DNA of 64,000 nt. Source: an uncultured Candidatus Peribacteria bacterium (GTDB taxonomy: Bacteria > Patescibacteriota > Gracilibacteria > UBA1369 > 2-02-FULL-48-14). Numbering within the stretch: the first letter of the stretch is position 1; each line of letters opens with the position of its first letter. The notes under the pieces were generated by a model. The model had not been told where the DNA came from. It saw only the letters and a program-made list of their open reading frames with translations, and did not search any database. The stretch is taken from positions 438 through 64,437 of the forward strand of contig CAYHXO010000006.1 in the NCBI GenBank assembly GCA_964360635.1, given 5' to 3'. Positions 29,098 through 37,042 of this stretch are shown piece by piece. Position numbers and translations under genes: made by a program.

Positions 29098-29193
29098 GTT
29101 GTAAGAATATTTCTACAAGAAATATACCCTGTTAAATGGCGGATTACAAGCTTATATTATGTACTTTTTTACAAGCTATGATAAAGTTTAAGC

Positions 29194-30846
29194 ATGGAAA
29201 TCAATAAAACATGTACATCGTGCGGCAAAAGTTTTGTAGTTAACGAACTAGACCAAAAATTTTATGAAAAAATGGTGGTTCCAATGCCAACATTATGTCC
29301 TGATGAAAGGGCAAAACGTAGGTTAGCATTCAGAAATGAAAAACACCTTTATCACAGGAAATGTGATTTAAGCGGGAAAAGTATTATTTCAAATTATTCC
29401 ATAGATAAAGTTAACAAAGTTTACGATCAGAAAGAGTGGTGGAGTGATAAATGGAGTGCAATGGATTATGGGCGTGATTTTGATTTTAATCGTTCATTTT
29501 TCGAACAATATTCTGAGCTTCAAAAAGAAGTGCCTCGCTTGAATTTGCTAAGTATAAATAATGAAAATAGTGATTACACAAATTGTGTTTCAAATTTGAA
29601 AAATTGTTACTTACTTTTTTCGTCCGATTTTAGTCAAGATTGTTATTACGGCGATTGGGTACAAAATTCAAAGAATTGCGTGGATAATTATTTAATAGTT
29701 AGAAGTGAATTGGCATACGAATGTTTCTATTCACAGAGCATTTACAGAGGTATTTATATCTTTAATTCATCAAATTGTACTGATAGCGCCTTTTTATATG
29801 ACTGTCGCGGCTGCAATGATTGTTTCATGTCATACGGCTTAAGAAATAAAAAATATTGCATCGAGAATAAGGAATATTCAAAAGAAGAGTATGAGAAATT
29901 GATGAAAGAAATTAAGATTAGTTCTAATGCGAATTTTTCAAAATTAAAGCAGAAGTTCTTTGAAATTATCAAAAATCATCCTCGACTTTACATGCAAAAA
30001 ATGGGGAGAGTTGAATCTTCAACGGGTGATCTTTTTATGGATAGTGAGAATTGTCTTGAATCATTTGAAGTTGTGAAAGGAAAAGACTGCAAGTTTGTAC
30101 AATCCGGATTTGAAATTAAGGATATTTATGATTCTTCTTATGTAAATGGCGAGCTGGGTTATGAAAACTGCGAATGTTTTCCAATGCCATATAATTCCGC
30201 CTTTAATGTAAACACATATACCGGCCAAAATCTTTTCTATACAGATAGTTGTATGAGCAATTGCTCAGATTGTTTTGGATGTATAAGTCTTCGCGCAAAT
30301 AAGTACTGTATTTTAAATAAACAATACACAAAAGAGGAATATGAAAATATGAAAGCTCGGATTATTGAGTATATGAAAAAAACCGGTGAATGGGGGGAGT
30401 TCTTCCCTATCGAACTTTCACCTTTTGGATACAATGAAACAAACGCTCAAGAGTTTTTCCCAATCACAAAAGAAGATGCTTTGAGTGAAAAATATAAGTG
30501 GAAGGAGGAAGATGAAAATTCGAGTTATTCAGGGCCTTATGTAAATATTCCGGATGATATTAAAGATGTGGATTCTGAAATTACGAAGCAGATTTTGAAA
30601 TGCGAAATTAGTGGAAAACTTTATAAAATAATTCCTCAGGAGTTAGAATGTTATAAAACTATGGGCATTCCAATTCCAAGGTGTTCGCCCGAACAAAGAT
30701 GGAAAGATAGATTTTCAAAGCAAAATCCTAGAACACTTTGGGATAGAAAATGTGAGAATTGTTCAAAAGGAATTAAAAGCACTTATTCTCCGGATAGACC
30801 TGAAAAAGTTTATTGTGAGGTGTGCTATTTAAAAATAGTCTATTAA
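29194..30846 (+). CDS. Cys-rich multi-zinc-ribbon repeat protein, paralog 5 of 6
   Basis: 550 aa with the same family blocks. The N-terminal ribbons are degenerate (CPDE, CDLSGK). Confidence 0.85.
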   Translation: MEINKTCTSCGKSFVVNELDQKFYEKMVVPMPTLCPDERAKRRLAFRNEKHLYHRKCDLSGKSIISNYSIDKVNKVYDQKEWWSDKWSAMDYGRDFDFNRSFFEQYSELQKEVPRLNLLSINNENSDYTNCVSNLKNCYLLFSSDFSQDCYYGDWVQNSKNCVDNYLIVRSELAYECFYSQSIYRGIYIFNSSNCTDSAFLYDCRGCNDCFMSYGLRNKKYCIENKEYSKEEYEKLMKEIKISSNANFSKLKQKFFEIIKNHPRLYMQKMGRVESSTGDLFMDSENCLESFEVVKGKDCKFVQSGFEIKDIYDSSYVNGELGYENCECFPMPYNSAFNVNTYTGQNLFYTDSCMSNCSDCFGCISLRANKYCILNKQYTKEEYENMKARIIEYMKKTGEWGEFFPIELSPFGYNETNAQEFFPITKEDALSEKYKWKEEDENSSYSGPYVNIPDDIKDVDSEITKQILKCEISGKLYKIIPQELECYKTMGIPIPRCSPEQRWKDRFSKQNPRTLWDRKCENCSKGIKSTYSPDRPEKVYCEVCYLKIVY

Positions 30847-32513
30847 TGACTGTGATTACTAAAACATGTCGGGTTAGTGGAAAAGAATTCATTGTCACAG
30901 ATGAAGATCAGCAGTTTTATGAAAAAATGGGAGTGCCGTTGCCAACTTTATGTCCCGAAGAACGAATGCGACGTAGATTGGCTTTTCGAAATGAAAGGAA
31001 TCTTTATCATAGAAAATGTGATTTAAGCGGAAAAGAGTTGATTTCAAATTTTTCACCTGATAAACCTAATAAAGTTTATGACCAAAAAGACTGGTGGAGT
31101 GATAAATGGGATGCACTTTCGTATGGAATGGACTTTGATTTTACCCGGCCTTTTTTTGACCAATTTGAGGAACTATTAAAAAAAGTTCCACTCCCACATG
31201 TCGTTGGCTCAATTGATATTGAGGAAAGCAATTGTAGATATACCAATTATGCTGGTGATAACAAAAATTGTTATTTAATTTTTGACTCAGATTTTAATGA
31301 AGATTGTCAGTATGGTGAAGTAATTAAACATTCAAAATCTTGCTTGGATTCTTCCTATTTGAAAAGCTGTGAATTGATGTATGGATGCCTAGATTGTCAT
31401 AGTTGTTATAATTTAAAATACTCACAAGATTGTACAAATAGTTTTGATTCTTTTTTTCTAAAAAATTGCATTTCGTGTAAGAATTGTTTTGGATGTGTTG
31501 GTCTTGTACAAAAAGAATACTACATTTTCAATAAGCCATTTAGCAGAGAGGAATATCAGAATTTTCTTAAAAAGTTCGTAGCAGGCAAAAGGAGTGCAGT
31601 ATTAGATATGCAGAAAAAATTTGAAGAATTCTCAACTTGTTTCCCAGTTAAATATTTCCATGGGATACAAATCGAAAATTCCGATGGTGATTATTTAAGC
31701 AATGTAAAAGATGTCCATAATTGTTTTGATGTAGGAAATTCTAGAGATCTGCATTATTGCGACTCACTATACACCGCAAATGACTGCATGGATGTTTCTT
31801 CATTTGGAGAGAAAATTGAACTCGTTTATGAATCAGGAACAGTTGGCATTAATTGTACAAACATTAAATTCTGCCATGGAATTGTAAACAATTGTTCCGA
31901 TATAAATTATTCAATGTACTGTAGATCATCACAAAATCTTTTCGGATGTGTGGGAATAAAAAGGGGTAATTATACTATTCTTAACAAGAAATATACGAAA
32001 GAAGAGTATGAATTTTTATTACCACGAGTTATAGAACATATGAAGAAAACAGGCGAATTGGGCGAGTATTTCCCAATGAAATTATCTCCGTATTGTTATA
32101 ATGAATGTATGTCACAGGAATATTTTCCAATTACTAAAGAAGAAACTTTAAAGTTGGGTTTAAAGTGGTTTGAACCTGAAACTCAAAGCCATTATCAAGG
32201 TCAAAAAATAGTGACTCCAGAAAATATCATAGATGTGGATGAATCGATTTTAAAACAAATTCTTACATGTAATAACTGTACAAAAAATTATAAAATAAAT
32301 AAAATGGAGCTGGATTTTTATAAAAATATGGGAATTCCTGTGCCGCAAATTTGCTCACATTGCAGGTATAAAGTGAGAATGAAACAAAAAAATCCTAGAC
32401 AATTATTAGAAAGGAACTGTAGCAATTGTTCAAAAGATATCCAAACTACATACTCAAATGAACGAGTTGAGAAAGTTTATTGTGAAGAGTGTTATTTAAA
32501 GCATGTTTACTAA
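30846..32513 (+). CDS. Cys-rich multi-zinc-ribbon repeat protein, paralog 6 of 6
   Basis: The start was moved to the ATG at 30846 (MTVITKTCRVSGKEF). This aligns with the other N-termini and gives the same TAATG junction seen between paralogs 3 and 4. Length is ~555 aa. Confidence 0.8.
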   Translation: MTVITKTCRVSGKEFIVTDEDQQFYEKMGVPLPTLCPEERMRRRLAFRNERNLYHRKCDLSGKELISNFSPDKPNKVYDQKDWWSDKWDALSYGMDFDFTRPFFDQFEELLKKVPLPHVVGSIDIEESNCRYTNYAGDNKNCYLIFDSDFNEDCQYGEVIKHSKSCLDSSYLKSCELMYGCLDCHSCYNLKYSQDCTNSFDSFFLKNCISCKNCFGCVGLVQKEYYIFNKPFSREEYQNFLKKFVAGKRSAVLDMQKKFEEFSTCFPVKYFHGIQIENSDGDYLSNVKDVHNCFDVGNSRDLHYCDSLYTANDCMDVSSFGEKIELVYESGTVGINCTNIKFCHGIVNNCSDINYSMYCRSSQNLFGCVGIKRGNYTILNKKYTKEEYEFLLPRVIEHMKKTGELGEYFPMKLSPYCYNECMSQEYFPITKEETLKLGLKWFEPETQSHYQGQKIVTPENIIDVDESILKQILTCNNCTKNYKINKMELDFYKNMGIPVPQICSHCRYKVRMKQKNPRQLLERNCSNCSKDIQTTYSNERVEKVYCEECYLKHVY

Positions 32514-32848
32514 AACATCAACGCCATTTGGATTTTGATTCTTTTCATTATTGTTTCATCTAGATTTGAGACGTGTTTTTGTATTCTAATTTTATCGATA
32601 GTTCTAATTTGAAATAAAAGAGCGACACTATCAAAATTTAGCTTTGAAATTCTTTTGTCTATAAAATATGTAGTGATGTGACCTTTTGCAGTGAGATTTT
32701 TTGTTAATGGAGCAACTATGACGGTGTTTAGATTTTTATTTAAAATATCATTTTGAAGAATTAGAATCGGTCGACAACCTGATTGTTCATGGACTTTAAC
32801 AGGGTCAAGATTTGCGAGATAAATTCCGGCTTGTTTAATTTCAATCAT
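32510..32848 (-). CDS. mazF: PemK/MazF-family toxin
   Basis: 112 aa. GIYLANLDPVKVHEQSGCRPILILQND...VIVAPLT is the PemK/MazF core pattern. Confidence 0.8.
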   Translation of the reverse strand: MIEIKQAGIYLANLDPVKVHEQSGCRPILILQNDILNKNLNTVIVAPLTKNLTAKGHITTYFIDKRISKLNFDSVALLFQIRTIDKIRIQKHVSNLDETIMKRIKIQMALMF

Positions 32849-33068
32849 TTTTTGGCATTATTGCTAACCATTCATCTTCACTAGGAAGATCATCGAATTT
32901 TATTTTTGAAAGTGCCTTAGCATCTTTTTCAAGTTGAGTGTTGAGCAAATCTTTAATTGCATGTTCAATTAATGAGCTTTTACTTACACCTGATGTTTCT
33001 GTGAGATTATCTAACATTTCGTTTATGACAGGGTTAATTGTAATGGAGATACGGGTTTTACTTTGCAT
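32841..33068 (-). CDS. Ribbon-helix-helix antitoxin (MazE/CopG-like) paired with the MazF-like toxin
   Basis: 75 aa. RISITINPVINEMLDNLTETSGVSKSSLIEHAIKDLL fits the RHH pattern. It overlaps the toxin gene by 8 nt. Confidence 0.7.
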   Translation of the reverse strand: MQSKTRISITINPVINEMLDNLTETSGVSKSSLIEHAIKDLLNTQLEKDAKALSKIKFDDLPSEDEWLAIMPKND

Positions 33069-33134
33069 AGTATGTAATATTAGTAATATTAATTATACAT
33101 ACTTATATCTTACTGAACAAGAATAATAAGCACT

Positions 33135-33163
33135 AAACCTGAAAAAGTCCTGAATTATTCCTG
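33135..33163 (+). repeat. Left copy of a ~29-bp imperfect direct repeat (26/29 identical to 38694-38722)
   Basis: The sequence is aaacctgaaaaagtcctgaattattcctg; the copy at 38694 is aaaactgacaaagtcctgaataattcctg. Confidence 0.7.
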
Positions 33164-33220
33164 CAATAATTCCACCCTCAACAGGTTGACGGAGCCGCTA
33201 TAATAAGGTATAATTACTCT

Positions 33221-35464
33221 ATGGATTTTTTACATGTAATAGTCCCACAGGGAACGGCTGAAAATCCGAAAAAAGAAGGACTTTTCCTTCAGTTTTTGCA
33301 GAATCTACATAAAACGGCACATCATAAACATTTGTCGTTTGAACTTTTTGGTTATAATCAATACACATATTTTTTTATTGGTTGCGAGCCGGATATTACA
33401 AAACTTGTAGAGGGTTTGATTTATTCAAGCTACCCGGATGCAGAAATTAGACCTGTAAAAGACTATACAACTGTCTATGATCCCAAAAAACATGTTTTGC
33501 TGGGAACTAGCGCAAAGTTTGCAATGAGCGATATTTATCCCTTCAAAGCTTACGATGAATTTGAGGTGGATTCCCTATCTTCGATTTTTTCAGTAATTTC
33601 GAAATTGGGAAGAAATGATCATGCTTGGGTACAAATTTTGACGGTACCGATTGATGAAGATTGGAAGTATCATTTTTTGAGAAAATTCAGAATGCGACTT
33701 AATAGATTTTTGCGAAGATTCCGTTTGAAGAATTATGTTCGAATGAAAGAAAAATCAGAATATTACAAAGAAGAAGAGGCACTTTTTATTCATAAATCAG
33801 AGCATGAACCATTTAAAGTTCAAATTCGATTTGGAGCAGTGTCTGACAAAGAAGATGAAGCACAGAAAAATTTATTAGCGCTTTCGAAGGCATTTTTTCA
33901 GTTTAATAAAACAGATGCAAATCATTTTGAATTGGAAAAAGTTAAAAAGGGCGCTGCATTTTTGCGTGAATATCAAAGTAGACATATTGATAACGGCGCG
34001 ATTGTTAGCGATCATGAATTGGCTACATTTTTCCATATTCCGAATGCAGATCACGTTCCACACGTTGTGCATGTGATGGCAAAAAAACATGAGCCACCAA
34101 AAGATTTACCAACCGGCGGCCCGGATGTTTGTATGTTTGGAATGACAAATTACCATAATAATTTTCAGCACTTTGGAATTAAACGTGATGATAGACGAAG
34201 GCATCTTTATCTTGTTGGAAAGAGCGGAACCGGTAAATCAAAAATGCTTGAGCTTTTGATTCAGGCAGATATAAATGCCGGGAAAGGTATTGGTGTTTTA
34301 GACCCGCACGGTGATCTTGTGGATAACATTTTGCGAATGATTCCTGAATCAAGAATGAAGGATGTAATTTTGTTCGATCCTTCTGATACTGAGTTCCCTA
34401 TCGCATTTAATCCGCTCGAAAAAGTTGATGAAAAATTCAAGATGCAAATCACAATTGGTTTCATTGATATTTTCAAAAAACTATTCGGCGGAAACTGGTC
34501 TGATCGTTTGGAACACGTTTTGCGATATACAACTTTAGCGCTTTTAGATTCCCCGAACACAACGGTACTTTCAATTTTGAAAATGCTTTCTGATAAAAAT
34601 TACCGTCAGAAAATTGTGGCAAGAATTGAAGATTCAGTGGTGAAAAATTTCTGGGTGAATGAATTTGCTGGATGGAGCGAGAAGTTTGATAGCGAGGCGA
34701 TTACTCCACTTTTGAATAAAGTTGGACAGTTGGTTTCAACAAATATGATTCGAAATATTATCGGTCAGCCGGTGAATACTTTCAATATTCGAGACATAAT
34801 GGACAATAAAAAAATCCTCTTAATGAAAGTCTCAAAAGGGCTTCTTGGAGAGGAAAATTCACAGTTAGTTGGAGCAATGATTATCACGAAAATTTATCAA
34901 GCAGCAATGGCTAGAGCAGACATGCGAGAAGACGATAGAAGTGATTTTTATTTCTATGTGGATGAGTTCCAAAACTTTGCAACAAATACATTTTCTGAGA
35001 TTTTATCTGAAGCGCGAAAATACAGATTGAACATGACTATTGCTCACCAATATATTGGACAGCTTTCAGACCTCGTTAGAAAAACAGTTTTTGGTAACGT
35101 TGGTACAATTGTAAACTTTCGTGTTGGTGCGGAAGATGCGGTGATTTTGGCAGAAGAATACACTCCGATTTTCAATGTTCGAGATATTATTAATCTTGGA
35201 GTTCGAGAATTTTATACAAAAATGTCCGTACAAGGTGAACTTTCAGAAGCTTTTTCAGGCCGAACTTTAGATATCAAATATAACCCTGTTGATAAGACTC
35301 GTGAAATTATTGATATTTCTCGTGCTGCTTATTGCCACCCTCGTGAAGAGGTTGAAGAAATGTTGAAAAAATGGGATGAAGGAAAAATTGAAGAACCCGG
35401 TGCTATTGCTCCAAAGAACGATGTTATTGAAGAAGCCGCGGAGTTTGAGATGCCTTTGATTTAA
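33221..35464 (+). CDS. TraD/VirD4-like (FtsK/HerA-superfamily) P-loop NTPase, no TM segment
   Basis: Walker A is LVGKSGTGKSK and Walker B is FYFYVDEFQNFAT. EARKYRLNMTIAHQYIGQL resembles coupling-protein C-terminal motifs. The ~300-aa N-terminal domain is unrecognised. Confidence 0.7.
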   Translation: MDFLHVIVPQGTAENPKKEGLFLQFLQNLHKTAHHKHLSFELFGYNQYTYFFIGCEPDITKLVEGLIYSSYPDAEIRPVKDYTTVYDPKKHVLLGTSAKFAMSDIYPFKAYDEFEVDSLSSIFSVISKLGRNDHAWVQILTVPIDEDWKYHFLRKFRMRLNRFLRRFRLKNYVRMKEKSEYYKEEEALFIHKSEHEPFKVQIRFGAVSDKEDEAQKNLLALSKAFFQFNKTDANHFELEKVKKGAAFLREYQSRHIDNGAIVSDHELATFFHIPNADHVPHVVHVMAKKHEPPKDLPTGGPDVCMFGMTNYHNNFQHFGIKRDDRRRHLYLVGKSGTGKSKMLELLIQADINAGKGIGVLDPHGDLVDNILRMIPESRMKDVILFDPSDTEFPIAFNPLEKVDEKFKMQITIGFIDIFKKLFGGNWSDRLEHVLRYTTLALLDSPNTTVLSILKMLSDKNYRQKIVARIEDSVVKNFWVNEFAGWSEKFDSEAITPLLNKVGQLVSTNMIRNIIGQPVNTFNIRDIMDNKKILLMKVSKGLLGEENSQLVGAMIITKIYQAAMARADMREDDRSDFYFYVDEFQNFATNTFSEILSEARKYRLNMTIAHQYIGQLSDLVRKTVFGNVGTIVNFRVGAEDAVILAEEYTPIFNVRDIINLGVREFYTKMSVQGELSEAFSGRTLDIKYNPVDKTREIIDISRAAYCHPREEVEEMLKKWDEGKIEEPGAIAPKNDVIEEAAEFEMPLI

Positions 35465-35467
35465 TTT

Positions 35468-36460
35468 ATGGAAGACCAAAAAAAATGGTGGGAGGATGCT
35501 CATGCGGAAATACCTAGACATGCAACGAAAATTGTCTGTGATACGGATAAAAATAAAATTCTTAAACTAAAATCAGGGGATGAGTTGAATGTAAATGTAA
35601 TTGATTCAAAAAATAAAAAGTTTGAGGTTAAGATATCTATAAAAACCATTGAGTTAATTGGAGAGATTTATTCAGTTGAAGGTTTTACAATCAATAAATA
35701 TCCGATTAATCTGGAGCTTAGTTTTAGTGATCCTGAATCTAGTTTAATTTGGTGGCATGGTCAAAAACCTAGAGAGCTAAAAACTGATGAAGATGAATTT
35801 ATAGACAATCCTGTTGTAAGAGAAATGTATCGAGCAAAATTGGAATTAATTCAAAATTATTCCGATAATTTTCCACATTCCGATGGGCCTGAAAATATAG
35901 ATTTACCAAAAAATAAAGCGGAATTTAGTACTAGTCAAAATCGATTTGAAAATGAGTTAAGTCCATATCAAACGAAATTCAGCAATCATGAACAAACACA
36001 GATTTTTTGGAGAGGGAATGAAAATATCGGTCATAAATTACATTTAAATGTGGCTCTAAATAACGTGAAGAAAGTGTCTGAATATCTCATAAGAAATCGG
36101 ATACTACATAAATATTTATCCGGAGGAGAAGTTGATGACGGGAAAATTTTTACTATATATGGCGGCTCAAAAAAAAATACTGATAAAATTGCTAAACAAA
36201 TTTCTGATGATCTAAAAAATGAGCTGTGCAAACCTCTTGCCAATGGCGAAGTGGAATATGCACCGAATGTTGTCGGTAGATTTTTCCCAAGAGGTGATGA
36301 TTTTGCACAGTATGGGCTTGGACTCAAAGGTATCACTCCAAAATATGAATTCGTTCACAATCTTGTTGATGGTAAAAATCCTCAACTTTTACCGATCGCT
36401 TTTAAAGCATCTTTTGATGAATTATCAGCAAGATATGGAGAATATTTTTATGGGAACTAA
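35468..36460 (+). CDS. Hypothetical protein (330 aa); the C-terminal half has an OspF/SpvC-lyase-like motif string (low confidence)
   Basis: The gene starts 3 nt after the ATPase gene. The motif string is GHKLHLNV ... LHKYLS ... GKIFTIYGG. Confidence 0.5.
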   Translation: MEDQKKWWEDAHAEIPRHATKIVCDTDKNKILKLKSGDELNVNVIDSKNKKFEVKISIKTIELIGEIYSVEGFTINKYPINLELSFSDPESSLIWWHGQKPRELKTDEDEFIDNPVVREMYRAKLELIQNYSDNFPHSDGPENIDLPKNKAEFSTSQNRFENELSPYQTKFSNHEQTQIFWRGNENIGHKLHLNVALNNVKKVSEYLIRNRILHKYLSGGEVDDGKIFTIYGGSKKNTDKIAKQISDDLKNELCKPLANGEVEYAPNVVGRFFPRGDDFAQYGLGLKGITPKYEFVHNLVDGKNPQLLPIAFKASFDELSARYGEYFYGN

Positions 36461-36469
36461 TACTTTTAT

Positions 36470-37042
36470 ATGTCTGAAACAAATCCTGAAAATCAAAAAA
36501 ATATAATTGCCGAACTTTATCAAACTGAAGTAATTGAAAATGACGAAAGATATTATGGAGCGCATGGAACTCCTACTAAAGAATTGGCTGATAAAATATT
36601 AGCAGAAGGAATAATAACTATGCACTCCGGAGATTTAGGCCGAACTTGTTTGGCAATACCTACTGATCCTGCCAAAGCCGGAAATATTTTGCTGAATTAT
36701 GAACATCGTCAGCCATTAAAATACATTGTGATTGTTTCATATAAATTAGGAATCCGTGATCACCAAATCATTCAAGAGGATGTGCCGGAGCTTATGGCTA
36801 AAGCTGTTCCTGGATATGAAAGTTATAATTCATATGTTCATAAAATTTCTCCTCAATTTATAAAGGGTTATTTTGATTGTATTGAGAATAAATTTGTGAA
36901 AAATCCGCTTTATGATTCAAATGCCGAACCTGTTACAACTAGGCGTTCGCAATTTCCTCAAGTTACCTTAGAAGAATTGTCTTCTCAATATGGAGAAACA
37001 GCTGTTAAAATAACAGAAACTAATCCTGACGATTGGGTATGA
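36470..37042 (+). CDS. Hypothetical protein (190 aa)
   Basis: An intact ORF 9 nt after the previous gene. It overlaps the MFS transporter gene by 10 nt and has no recognised motif. Confidence 0.5.
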   Translation: MSETNPENQKNIIAELYQTEVIENDERYYGAHGTPTKELADKILAEGIITMHSGDLGRTCLAIPTDPAKAGNILLNYEHRQPLKYIVIVSYKLGIRDHQIIQEDVPELMAKAVPGYESYNSYVHKISPQFIKGYFDCIENKFVKNPLYDSNAEPVTTRRSQFPQVTLEELSSQYGETAVKITETNPDDWV

